Assembly: GCA_041666485.1 (NCBI GenBank)
Contig: JBAYGW010000002.1
Span: forward strand, 7,711 to 71,710
Origin: Patescibacteria group bacterium
GTDB lineage: Bacteria > Patescibacteriota > Patescibacteriia > UM-FILTER-42-10
Direction: 5' to 3'
DNA: 64,000 bases
A model generated the notes under the pieces. It did no database searches. It was not told where the DNA came from and worked only from the letters and a program-made list of their open reading frames with translations. A program made the position numbers and the translations under genes. Positions within the stretch are counted from its first letter, which is position 1. Every line of letters starts with the position of its first letter. Positions 29,412-38,401 of the stretch are shown here, piece by piece.

Positions 29412-29440
29412 TTGACAAATTTGTAAAAAAGGTATATAAT
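29412..29440 (+). promoter_or_regulatory. Perfect consensus sigma70 promoter (TTGACA-N17-TATAAT) driving high-GC cassette 1.
   Basis: TTGACA at 29412-29417, exactly 17 nt of spacer, then TATAAT at 29435-29440. It is followed by a ~170-nt leader containing the hairpin GAGGA-gtaa-TCCTC (29531-29544), the palindrome CCACGTG-AA-CACGTGG (29560-29575), and the SD AAGGAG (29598-29603) placed 6 nt before the ATG. Confidence 0.6.
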
Positions 29441-29609
29441 CCCCGGTTAAAAGTACGCCGTTTTGCTTGATGATGTTTCCTTAAACAAATCGGCGTGCTT
29501 TTGCACATAGTTGCCCATTCAAAAACGATTGAGGAGTAATCCTCATAACAATACCTTCACCACGTGAACACGTGGCGAAACAGGAGTCCCCCCAGCCAAG
29601 GAGTTTGTG

Positions 29610-30272
29610 ATGGTACTAGTACAAGTTTCGCAGATCCTGGCCAGGATCCCCGATGGCACCACTCGCATCTCCCTGCTCGGCCGGCATTCGCTGTCCGTGC
29701 AGGACGGGCCGAACGAGACCCGCACGCTCAGCGCAGATGGTATTCAGCTCTGCAACGAGGTGAGTGGGTTCTACACCCAGCTCGTCCATGAGTTGGAGGT
29801 GCTCACTTCCTCCTCTGAGGCCGCGTTCTACTGCTCTGACATGGCACGCTCGTTCGCGACCATCCAGGAGATTTTCCATCCGGACAGCATCTACCAGGAC
29901 GACCGGCTCAACCTGCTGGCCAGCTTGAAGAAGATCGATGGCGGCGCCTGGTTCAAGGAACAGAAGGATGCCGGGTGTTCCGAGAGGGAGATCATCTCCA
30001 ACTTCATTGTCCTGACTGATCCCAGCGTCGGCGCCGACCAGCCGTTCGAGCTGAACGCGCGGAATTACCTGCACTGGGCCGCCGAACCGAGCGGACCCCG
30101 TCTGCGGGTCGCCTTCGCGCACGAGGTGGCCTGCACCATGGCCGCCTACCCTTACTTCTTCTTCGGGGAGCAGTGGCCCGGCCTCAAGGAGTGCGAGTCG
30201 TACATGTTCTGCATGAACGACTGGGGTCACATCCTGCGCATGATCAAGGTCACCCCTCCGGCTACCCAGTAG
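29610..30272 (+). CDS. Compositionally foreign (high-GC) ORF of unknown function, 220 aa, in cassette 1.
   Basis: The ATG at 29610 is preceded by a consensus SD. Codons are strongly GC3-biased and the ORF is about 60% GC against a host background of about 38%. I see no recognisable catalytic motif. Confidence 0.6.
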   Translation: MVLVQVSQILARIPDGTTRISLLGRHSLSVQDGPNETRTLSADGIQLCNEVSGFYTQLVHELEVLTSSSEAAFYCSDMARSFATIQEIFHPDSIYQDDRLNLLASLKKIDGGAWFKEQKDAGCSEREIISNFIVLTDPSVGADQPFELNARNYLHWAAEPSGPRLRVAFAHEVACTMAAYPYFFFGEQWPGLKECESYMFCMNDWGHILRMIKVTPPATQ

Positions 30273-30289
30273 CCAACCGTACCTTCTCA

Positions 30290-30362
30290 GTCGAGCACAA
30301 ACTCGACCCACCGTTCCCGAAAGGTTCCCATTCACTCTCATGAATGTTCGGAGCCTTTTTTC
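30290..30362 (+). terminator. Terminator-like region after cassette 1.
   Basis: Hairpin GTCGAG-cacaaa-CTCGAC (30290-30307), then GGAGCC followed by TTTTTTC (30351-30362). Confidence 0.3.
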
Positions 30363-30473
30363 TTTGCCGAAAATAATATTATCGCCGGCGGGGCGCAATT
30401 ATTTCCGCAACTTTAACTTGAATTTTCACAATAAAAAGGCTACTATTAATGACTGACCATTAACCATGAATAT

Positions 30474-31376
30474 ATGAGAGAATCAACACTAGCCCCTACA
30501 ACTCTTGACGGAATTGTTGAACAAGGAAAGGAAAAAGAAAGAGAATTGCCAAAAATGACCGTATTTTTATTGCGTCATGGAGAAAGTAATAATGACAAAA
30601 CAAATCCCAACCGAGGACTTACCGAGAGAGGTATGGAGCAGGTAACAGAAAGTATCAACCAGATATTGAATAGTTTATTGTTAGAAAGCAATCCGGAATT
30701 TGAAGAATGGGATAATGAAGAATCAAGAATAACCGCCGTTCAAAATGCCATCCAAAATATAGAATTCCAGCTGAAAGATTCCGGCACCACTAGAACATTG
30801 GAACAAGTTTGGCTGGAATATGAAATACTGGAACAATACGGCGTGCCGGCAGAACACATTTATCTGCCACAAAGCGCATTTGAATACAAAGATAAAGAAC
30901 CGAATGAAAAAGCGGGCCCCGGCATAGCTAAAAGGCTCAAAGGAGTACGGGGGCTGGATCAGAATCCGGAATATAGGACTAAAATCAAATCAAAGGAGTA
31001 CCAAGAACGTGTTGGTGCAACCGGAGACATGATGGCCTGGGCCGTCTCCCCCGATGAAGATGTTCCGGATAACGTAGAAAAAAGAAGTCATATGGAAGAA
31101 CGCTACGCATCTGATATTGCAAAACTTGATAGAGTAGTCGCCCATAAAATGGAAGACTATCCGAAACGGGTGGTAGCGATTGCCAACGCCCATGCATCCA
31201 TCGCCACAATTGCCGCCGCCAAAGAATCCGGAATTCCACTGGAAAAACTTATGGGAAAAATTGGGGAAGTGCCGGAAGCCCAGGGCTTGCGCTATGATTT
31301 TTATGAAGGCGACACGGAACATACAGCTAAACCTTTTGGCCCTGAGATGGAACAGGCTGTGGCGGAATTAAAATAA
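30474..31376 (+). CDS. Histidine phosphatase superfamily protein (phosphoglycerate-mutase or SixA-like).
   Basis: MTVFLLRHGESNNDKTNPNRGLTERG contains the RHGE catalytic motif. The true start may be the internal ATG at about 30555. Confidence 0.65.
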   Translation: MRESTLAPTTLDGIVEQGKEKERELPKMTVFLLRHGESNNDKTNPNRGLTERGMEQVTESINQILNSLLLESNPEFEEWDNEESRITAVQNAIQNIEFQLKDSGTTRTLEQVWLEYEILEQYGVPAEHIYLPQSAFEYKDKEPNEKAGPGIAKRLKGVRGLDQNPEYRTKIKSKEYQERVGATGDMMAWAVSPDEDVPDNVEKRSHMEERYASDIAKLDRVVAHKMEDYPKRVVAIANAHASIATIAAAKESGIPLEKLMGKIGEVPEAQGLRYDFYEGDTEHTAKPFGPEMEQAVAELK

Positions 31377-31385
31377 TAGAGACCT

Positions 31386-31448
31386 TAAAAAAACCGTCCC
31401 CCACTTCCGCCTCCGCCGATTGGCGAATGGCAGATGGGACGGTTTTTT
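31386..31448. terminator. Bidirectional rho-independent terminator between convergent genes.
   Basis: AAAAAAACCGTCCC...GGGACGGTTTTTT: an A-tract, a GC-rich stem and a T-tract, located between the gene ending at 31376 (+) and the gene ending at 31457 (-). Confidence 0.6.
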
Positions 31449-31456
31449 GATTTACA

Positions 31457-32965
31457 TTATTTAATCTTCAGTATTCCGGTATTACCATCCACTTCCACAA
31501 CCTGTCCGTCTTTGAGAATTTTGGTAGTCATACGCAGACCGATTATTCCCGGGATACCTGCCTCCCGAGCCAGAGTTGCCGGGTGAGAGGTAATTCCCGG
31601 CCCTCCATCACAGATCAGTGCCGAAGCTATAGAGAGCACCTGAGTAAACACCGGCGTAGCCTGCAGAGTACATATAATATCTCCCTTTTTCACTTTATGA
31701 AATGAATCCGGATTAATTACGATCTTCACCGGCCCTTTGGTAACACCCGGTGAAACAGCCATTCCTACTAACTCTTTTACGTTCTTGTCTACTTCCACAA
31801 ATTTTTTATAATAATGCTTCGCTTTTTCCCCTGTATACAGGCTCGTTCTGCCATTTTCCATAATAAACGCACACAGCTTTATTCTTTCATTAAGGGCGTT
31901 ACTCATATTTAAACCTTTGGTAAGCATCGGTCTGACTTCTGCTGTCCTCAAATGACGCGTCTGGCGCATAGAAAGCCCGCCACGCCGGGCTATTTCCATT
32001 AAGATCGGGTCATAATAATAAAGGGTTTGTGAGACGATACTTTTTCTTAATTCTTTGTAATAGATTCCTTCGCGCATAGTTTGAAATAAGCGCTGATGTT
32101 TTTTATCAATCTTTAATTTATCTTGAATCTCATTAATTTTTGTGCCAATCCTTTCCTCTTCTTTTAGCATCTTTTCTAATGCATTTTTCGGATTCCCCTT
32201 TAGATGCTTTTTGAAACGAATAATAAAATCTTCGTATGTTAATATCGGATCATCATAATCTCTAGTGATCCAAAAGAATTTTTTTTCATGATTCTTTATC
32301 AATCTCAACAGCTCCTTATCTTTTTGAATTAAGTTAATAGTATTTATTACGTTTCCTTTAAAATAATCCGCCCATTTTTTCCGCTTATTGATAATTTTAC
32401 ATATTTTTAAAGCGGCTAAAGTTTCCTGCCTGCTTACCATTGCTTTTGTTTCAGTAATAAGAGCATCTACATAATGCGCGGCTTTTTTGGAATCTGCTTC
32501 TTTGGTGGCAATATACTCTTGCAAATATTTGAACAAATAGTTTTCTATAGCTAGAATCGGAAAATAATGGGAATACACCTGTTTATAGCGCCTCTCGTAT
32601 TCCTCGTGCAATCCCGCCAGTCTACTATTACTTAGCAATCCAAGTTTCTTTAGACTGTTATTCTCCTTTAGAAATGCATAAAAGCTCTTGGCAAAAGCCC
32701 TCTGTATTTTACCAAGTTTAATAAACATATCCGGCTGTTGGAATGCTTTTTCCAATACATTCATCCCCACCCGTTCATGATCAGCCTTATCAAAATACAA
32801 ATACATATGGTTCTCTTCAAACATTTGTACTATTCTTTTATAGGTAACCCCGACCACATCCTTCAGTTCCTTTCCTATTGATTCCATAGAAAGGTAGTTT
32901 GGGAAAGGACTCATCCGTTGCCTTTGGGATATTTGAAACCATACGATTTTTTTATTTTTGATCAT
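31457..32965 (-). CDS. PEP-utilizing-enzyme phosphohistidine (swivel) domain protein, rifampin-phosphotransferase or PEP-synthase-like but lacking an ATP-grasp domain. Paralog 1 of 6 (502 aa).
   Basis: The C-terminus GDIICTLQATPVFTQVLSIASALICDGGPGITSHPATLAREAGIPGIIGL is the PEP-utilizers mobile-domain motif with its catalytic His. The N-terminal ~400 aa is a domain I cannot assign. Confidence 0.7.
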   Translation of the reverse strand: MIKNKKIVWFQISQRQRMSPFPNYLSMESIGKELKDVVGVTYKRIVQMFEENHMYLYFDKADHERVGMNVLEKAFQQPDMFIKLGKIQRAFAKSFYAFLKENNSLKKLGLLSNSRLAGLHEEYERRYKQVYSHYFPILAIENYLFKYLQEYIATKEADSKKAAHYVDALITETKAMVSRQETLAALKICKIINKRKKWADYFKGNVINTINLIQKDKELLRLIKNHEKKFFWITRDYDDPILTYEDFIIRFKKHLKGNPKNALEKMLKEEERIGTKINEIQDKLKIDKKHQRLFQTMREGIYYKELRKSIVSQTLYYYDPILMEIARRGGLSMRQTRHLRTAEVRPMLTKGLNMSNALNERIKLCAFIMENGRTSLYTGEKAKHYYKKFVEVDKNVKELVGMAVSPGVTKGPVKIVINPDSFHKVKKGDIICTLQATPVFTQVLSIASALICDGGPGITSHPATLAREAGIPGIIGLRMTTKILKDGQVVEVDGNTGILKIK

Positions 32966-33563
32966 GATCCAAATATATGTTTAGTTCTTTATTAAATTGA
33001 CTGAAACTTTTCACTAAGACAGTCTTCATCCCCAGCGCTTTCGCATCCACAAGGTTTGATTCCTGATCATCCGCATACACAATTTCCCTTGGAGTTACAT
33101 TGAAACGCTTCATAACCACCCGCAGCGTTTTTTTACTCGCCTTCGGCAGATTAAGCTCCCAGGTATTGATAATATTCTTGAATTCATTTCTGAGGCGGAA
33201 TTTTTTGACAATCGCATCAACAAATTGGGAACGCGTATTTTTGGTAAGAAGTAGCGTCACATACCCCCTCCTGTTTAAATCCCTATTTACTACCAGCACC
33301 CGGTTATCAATTTTCATGAGTTTGTAATGCACATCCCTTAACTGTTGCCAGGTTATCGGCAGATTAAAATATTCTACCGTTTTTTGCCACGCTTCTTTCT
33401 GTGATATCTTCCGGATTGCCGCCAGATTAAAATATTCTGAATACATTTTCTGCTGATATGTCTTCCAGTTACCGCCATAACGTTTTGCCAGTTCCTTAGA
33501 AGTATTCGGATATCCGGCATTCAGAATTAACCCATAGCAGTCAAATATTATTAGTTTAACCAT
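32952..33563 (-). CDS. HAD-superfamily hydrolase (haloacid-dehalogenase-like, with a DxYG-type motif I).
   Basis: N-terminus IIFDCYGLIL (compare FDxYGTL) and C-terminus IVYADDQESNLVDAKALGMKTVLV (motif IV). It overlaps the downstream dikinase-like gene by 14 nt. Confidence 0.5.
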   Translation of the reverse strand: MVKLIIFDCYGLILNAGYPNTSKELAKRYGGNWKTYQQKMYSEYFNLAAIRKISQKEAWQKTVEYFNLPITWQQLRDVHYKLMKIDNRVLVVNRDLNRRGYVTLLLTKNTRSQFVDAIVKKFRLRNEFKNIINTWELNLPKASKKTLRVVMKRFNVTPREIVYADDQESNLVDAKALGMKTVLVKSFSQFNKELNIYLDHDQK

Positions 33564-33703
33564 ATATTGATCAATTATTTATTTGTTTACTCACATATCT
33601 TATATAATATCATGTTTGGTATACTTTGGTTATTATGCAGTTTCTATTCTACTTGATTTTTTTGCCCAGATGTGTTACAATAAGCATATTAACCCTCTCA
33701 AAC

Positions 33704-34036
33704 ATGAATGTAGAAATAATCCGTAATGTAATACTGGCAATCGGTTGGCCAGTTTTATTTGTTTTCAGCATTTATATATTTAAAGTTGGAAAACGGGCAT
33801 ATTCCGCAGTCAATGGTTCTTTGGTCGGGAAAATTATTAAAGTACTCGTTTATTCAATGTTAGTTGAGATGTACAGCCTGGGCATCGTCAGTACAGTATA
33901 TCTTTTGAATAACGCTAATGGCATATATATTGTGCTGCCTATATTTATTGTCTGGGGGTTTGTTTTCGTCTGGAGCATCAATACGATTAAAAAATCAAGT
34001 GATTTAGCCAATAACATTACATTACAAAATAATTAA
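33704..34036 (+). CDS. Small polytopic membrane protein, tandem paralog A.
   Basis: MNVEIIRNVILAIGWPVLFVFSIYIF...LVGKIIKVLVYSMLVEMYSLGIVSTVY aligns with the next ORF. I moved the start to the internal ATG (33704) to match that paralog. Confidence 0.55.
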   Translation: MNVEIIRNVILAIGWPVLFVFSIYIFKVGKRAYSAVNGSLVGKIIKVLVYSMLVEMYSLGIVSTVYLLNNANGIYIVLPIFIVWGFVFVWSINTIKKSSDLANNITLQNN

Positions 34037-34048
34037 CTAATTAAATTT

Positions 34049-34375
34049 ATGTCGCTAGAACTTATGAGAAATACAATTTTGTTTATTGGGTGGCCGGTTT
34101 TGATTGCCGGTTCGGTCTATATTTTCATAAAAGGCCGAAATGTCTATCAATTAGTTAAGGGGTCATTGGTCGGTAAAATTACTAAGGTATTGGTTTACAC
34201 CATGTTGGTTGAAATGTATTCTCTAGGGATCGTCAGCACCGCTTATATGTTTGAAAATGCCAAAGGAGTTTACTGGGTACTGCCGGTATTTGCCGTGTGG
34301 TTCATTACCTTTGTTTGGTCTCTAAAAACACTCAAATCCGCAGGTGAAGAAGCCAAAAAAATTACCCAGGGATAA
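34049..34375 (+). CDS. Small polytopic membrane protein, tandem paralog B.
   Basis: MSLELMRNTILFIGWPVLIAGSVYIF...LVGKITKVLVYTMLVEMYSLGIVSTAY. About 60% identical to paralog A. Confidence 0.6.
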   Translation: MSLELMRNTILFIGWPVLIAGSVYIFIKGRNVYQLVKGSLVGKITKVLVYTMLVEMYSLGIVSTAYMFENAKGVYWVLPVFAVWFITFVWSLKTLKSAGEEAKKITQG

Positions 34376-34396
34376 AAAATCATTAACTATAAAACA

Positions 34397-34666
34397 ATGG
34401 CAAACGGAGAAGAATACAAAAATATAATGAGCGAGATGATTAAAAAGCAAATAGTCATCCTAGGGCCGGATATCGCGATTATGAAGGCAAAAAATGTCAC
34501 AGAACTGGCGATCAACCCAGATGGAGAGGTAACAGAGATTAACGGTGAACCGCAGGTGGCACTACAAAGATTAATTGATGAATATGTCGCCTTATCGGGT
34601 TTGATTGTCAAAAAAACCATGGAACCTTTGCTGGCAAAATATCCATCGGTTAAAGTAGATCAGTAA
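34397..34666 (+). CDS. Hypothetical small protein (89 aa).
   Basis: Complete ORF positioned between the membrane-protein paralogs and the histidine kinase. No motif I recognise. Confidence 0.4.
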   Translation: MANGEEYKNIMSEMIKKQIVILGPDIAIMKAKNVTELAINPDGEVTEINGEPQVALQRLIDEYVALSGLIVKKTMEPLLAKYPSVKVDQ

Positions 34667-34687
34667 AAGAATAAATAGATCCAGACA

Positions 34688-36436
34688 ATGGATAATTGGA
34701 ATCTTACAGTTGTTTTAATTTTTTCAGTTGCTATTACCGGGATAGTGATCAGTTTTTGCGTATATATTAGAAAATTGAAAGGAACGTTAAAAGCAGAAGG
34801 TGAAAAAAGAGAATCAGAAAATAACCGGCGCATGTATGAACTGTCCATTCTTAAAGAAATAGGAGAAAGAGCCGGTTATTCTTTAAATACCCAGAGAATT
34901 GCTGATATTATCACCGGATCATTAAAAGAACTGATTGATTACTCTACGACTTCCTATATTCTGGAAGATTCCCAAAAAAAAGAATTGCTTTTCAAGTGCG
35001 AAGTTGAAGAAAGTGTCAGCCCTAAATTTGTGGAAGATGTAAAAAGCAGGATGGTCGCGGCGCTGTCAATTTTGACAGACCAGAACTATCAGGAACGAAA
35101 GATTGAAGAAGTCGTCGCGGGGACTATTTTGGATGATGAAAACAATGAGCCTTTAAGCTCATTTTTCAATATTCCGCTGACAGTCGGCGATAAAGTCGTC
35201 GGCATTTTGAACGTATCCAGCACCAAGACCGGCCTGTACAAGGAAGATGAAATGACTATTCTGTATAAAATAACCGCGCAGGCATCCAATGCTGTTACCC
35301 GCCTGCAGGATGTACTGGATTCCGAACAGAGCAAACTCAATGCTATGGTAGTCAGCATGGCTGACGGAGTATTGATGATTGACATGGAAAACAGGGTCTA
35401 TGTGATTAATCCTAAAGTAAAAGAGCTTTTGGGGATTGAGAGTGAGGAAATTTCCATTTTTGATATTATTGAGGCATTTGAAGGCAAGGTGGATTTCAGA
35501 ACTAAGCTTGAAGAATGCGTTAAATTGAACCGCCAGGAAATTGTAGAAGAAACTTATCTTCAGCACCGTTATATTAGAATTTTGTTTTCGCCGGTAAAAG
35601 ATAAAAATGACGATACTTTGGGAGCAGTAATTATTTTACACGATATTACACACGATAAAGAACTGGAAAAAGTAAAAGAAGATTTTACCAGCATGATGGT
35701 ACATGATCTGCGATCTCCTCTGAATGGTATCCGGCTGATCGCTGAAATGTTGCAGGATAAGAAAATGCCCAAGGACCAGTTTTTGCAATCAGCTAAAATG
35801 ATTCACGAAAGCACTACGAATATTTTAGAGCTGGTAAATGATTTATTGGATGTCGCTAAATTAGAAGCCGGTAAATTCATTGTGGCCAAAGAAAAGGGCG
35901 ACCTGCAAGCGGTAATTGCCAGCAGGATTAATTTCTTTCAGGCTCTGGCGAATGAAAAAAATATAAAACTTGATTCATATTGGGAGCCCGACATTGAACA
36001 AATACCGTTTGATGAAAAAGAGATAGTTCAAGTGCTGAATAACTTACTGTCCAATGCAATCAAATTCACCGATAAAGATGGTAAGGTAACTGTGCAAACA
36101 CTACTTTTAAGAAAAGATGAGGACGTTAAAAATAAGGCCGATTCCAATAAGATAAAATGGTTTATTTCCAATACATCCCCCGCTCTGATGAAACGTAGTA
36201 GTGACCTGTTAATTTGTGCTGTAACTGATAATGGGAACGGTATTGCACAAGAAAAAATTAAGAGTTTGTTTAATAAATTTCAACAGGCGGAAAACGGTAA
36301 AAAGTCAGAAATTAAAGGAACGGGGCTGGGTTTGGTAATCGCCAAGGGGATAATTGAAGCACATGGCGGCGCGGTTGGTGTTGAGTCTGTGATTGGCAAG
36401 GGCAGCACATTTTATTTTACATTACCATTAGAATAA
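34688..36436 (+). CDS. Sensor histidine kinase (TM, GAF/PAS-like sensor, HisKA and HATPase_c domains).
   Basis: N-terminal TM segment. H-box MVHDLRSPLNGI, N-box LLSNAIKFT, and G-boxes TDNGNGIAQE and GTGLGLVIAKGIIEAHGG. Confidence 0.85.
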   Translation: MDNWNLTVVLIFSVAITGIVISFCVYIRKLKGTLKAEGEKRESENNRRMYELSILKEIGERAGYSLNTQRIADIITGSLKELIDYSTTSYILEDSQKKELLFKCEVEESVSPKFVEDVKSRMVAALSILTDQNYQERKIEEVVAGTILDDENNEPLSSFFNIPLTVGDKVVGILNVSSTKTGLYKEDEMTILYKITAQASNAVTRLQDVLDSEQSKLNAMVVSMADGVLMIDMENRVYVINPKVKELLGIESEEISIFDIIEAFEGKVDFRTKLEECVKLNRQEIVEETYLQHRYIRILFSPVKDKNDDTLGAVIILHDITHDKELEKVKEDFTSMMVHDLRSPLNGIRLIAEMLQDKKMPKDQFLQSAKMIHESTTNILELVNDLLDVAKLEAGKFIVAKEKGDLQAVIASRINFFQALANEKNIKLDSYWEPDIEQIPFDEKEIVQVLNNLLSNAIKFTDKDGKVTVQTLLLRKDEDVKNKADSNKIKWFISNTSPALMKRSSDLLICAVTDNGNGIAQEKIKSLFNKFQQAENGKKSEIKGTGLGLVIAKGIIEAHGGAVGVESVIGKGSTFYFTLPLE

Positions 36437-36451
36437 TTAAATAATACGAAC

Positions 36452-36820
36452 ATGGCAAAAAAAATATTAGTCATCGACGACGATGATGCGATACAACAAG
36501 TGATAAAATCAGCCCTCGTTTCTGAAGGCTATGAAGTAAGAATTGCCGATGACGGCAAAGAAGGTTTAAAAGTAGTAAAAGAATTCCAACCGGACTTGAT
36601 AATACTGGATATTATAATGCCGGTAATGGATGGTTTGGGATTTCTAAAAGAAAATAAAAATAGATCAATTCCTGTTATTATCCTAACCTCCCTGGGTAAG
36701 GATGATAATGAGCAGAAATTTATTGATCTGGGGGCCAGACACTTTCTACAGAAGAGCATTGTACATGTTGACGATATTAAACAAAAAATTTCTGATGTAT
36801 TAAAAGAAGAGAGTAAATAA
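36452..36820 (+). CDS. Single-domain response regulator (CheY-like receiver).
   Basis: KILVIDDDDAIQQVIKSAL...DLIILDIIMPVMDG...ILTS...K contains the receiver-domain acidic pocket and the conserved Lys. Confidence 0.85.
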   Translation: MAKKILVIDDDDAIQQVIKSALVSEGYEVRIADDGKEGLKVVKEFQPDLIILDIIMPVMDGLGFLKENKNRSIPVIILTSLGKDDNEQKFIDLGARHFLQKSIVHVDDIKQKISDVLKEESK

Positions 36821-36868
36821 TATATTAGACAAATAAAAAACCGATGGTAATTATCCCTCGGTTTTTTG

Positions 36869-38383
36869 TTAGATCTTTTTTACAATCCCCTTCGTCGCGT
36901 CCACTTCCACCAGATCGCCGTCTTTGAATACTTTGGTGGCAATTCCTGTGCCGATAATACAGGGTATTTTGAGTTCTCTGGAAACAATGGCTGCGTGGCA
37001 AGTAATGCCGCCCGTATTAGTGACAATAGCCACTGCTTTGTTCATTGCCGGCACCAATGATGGGTTGGTGGAATAGCTAATCAAAATATCTCCTTCATTG
37101 AATTTGTTTAAATCACTTGTAGAATTGATTATTTTCACCATGCCCTTGGCTTTGCCCGGATAAGCCACTTGACCACTGATAATATTATTATGCTTAATCT
37201 TAATAGTAGGTTTGGTTTGGACAAATAATTTCTTAAATTTTTTAGCTTTAGCACCAGTATAAAAACCGACTTTACCATTTACTAAAATATGAGCCGAACA
37301 TTGATACCGTTCATTTAATTGATCACTGGTAAAGGCTTTTTTATCGTTTATCAGGATATCCTGATACTCAGCCCTGGTGACATAACGGGCCTGCAGTGGA
37401 GACCAATAAAAACGACCAGCAATTTCTTGATACCATCTACCCATAGCATAATTATGGTAGTAAACCTGAACCTCTTTCCGAATTTCTTTTAAATAAGCTA
37501 ATTCCCGGACAATCTCAATTTGGTACAATTCTTCTTTATTAAAAAATAATTTTGCTTTGTTGTGAAATTTTTTAAGTTCAGCTAATTTATTTTGTTTAAT
37601 CCTTATCTCTCTATCAGGAAATATCCCCCATCGCCTTTTGACTAAATCAAAATAATATTCTGGCCCAGCGGCTGGACCTACAAAATAATACTGTAGCCAA
37701 CCAAATTTATCAGCCAGTTTTTTAAAACTACTTTGAGCGCCAGCTGATAATTCCTTAAGACTTTTACAATTTTTAAATTGTTTTAATAGAGTTTTATTTT
37801 TCTTTATCCTACTGATCAATTTTAAAACCGCCATATTTTCTTCACTGATAGCTGTCGGCTTAATAGAAGTAACTAAATTACTAAAAACAATTTCCGGGTT
37901 ACCTAATTTTTTTAGCTTGGGTTCTAGTTCTTGATATAAATTTACCGAGAATTTAACTCTGCTCATATCCAGTGTTTGTACTACTAGACCCCATTTCCAA
38001 CATTCAGCAAAAACATCATACAAATTACAATAAATCTTAAATAGCTGACTATTTGTTTTTATTTTCAAATTGTCTACCAATAAACGCCGACATAATATTT
38101 TCATCATTTTAAAAGCATCATAGTGGCCGTGACAAAGCTGTTGAAAAAATTCTTTATCTCTAATTAGCTTCTGACCAAAGTAATCCCCGGCTTTTATAAA
38201 CTGCAATTCTACGGGCCCCCAAACCACAAAATCTTTTTCAAAAACAAATAAGCTGTCCAATTTTAGCTTGTTGGCAGATAATTTTGGCAAATCTACTTTA
38301 AAATTTTTTTCATTTAAAACACACCAAGGAGTCAAAGCCACATTATAATCTTCAACTAATATGATAAACTGTCTTTTTGGCAT
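36869..38383 (-). CDS. Phosphohistidine swivel-domain (PEP-utilizers) protein, paralog 2 (504 aa).
   Basis: C-terminus GQVAYPGKAKGMVKIINSTSDLNKFNEGDILISYSTNPSLVPAMNKAVAIVTNTGGITCHAAIVSRELKIPCIIGTG. Confidence 0.75.
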   Translation of the reverse strand: MPKRQFIILVEDYNVALTPWCVLNEKNFKVDLPKLSANKLKLDSLFVFEKDFVVWGPVELQFIKAGDYFGQKLIRDKEFFQQLCHGHYDAFKMMKILCRRLLVDNLKIKTNSQLFKIYCNLYDVFAECWKWGLVVQTLDMSRVKFSVNLYQELEPKLKKLGNPEIVFSNLVTSIKPTAISEENMAVLKLISRIKKNKTLLKQFKNCKSLKELSAGAQSSFKKLADKFGWLQYYFVGPAAGPEYYFDLVKRRWGIFPDREIRIKQNKLAELKKFHNKAKLFFNKEELYQIEIVRELAYLKEIRKEVQVYYHNYAMGRWYQEIAGRFYWSPLQARYVTRAEYQDILINDKKAFTSDQLNERYQCSAHILVNGKVGFYTGAKAKKFKKLFVQTKPTIKIKHNNIISGQVAYPGKAKGMVKIINSTSDLNKFNEGDILISYSTNPSLVPAMNKAVAIVTNTGGITCHAAIVSRELKIPCIIGTGIATKVFKDGDLVEVDATKGIVKKI

Positions 38384-38401
38384 ATTATTTGATGTCTTAT
38401 T

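Noticed and set aside
29616-30398. 260-aa minus-strand ORF covering high-GC cassette 1.
   Set aside because: Its Arg/Gly/Leu/Ala-rich sequence is typical of the antisense frame of high-GC coding DNA. The plus-strand ORF has the promoter, SD and GC3 bias.
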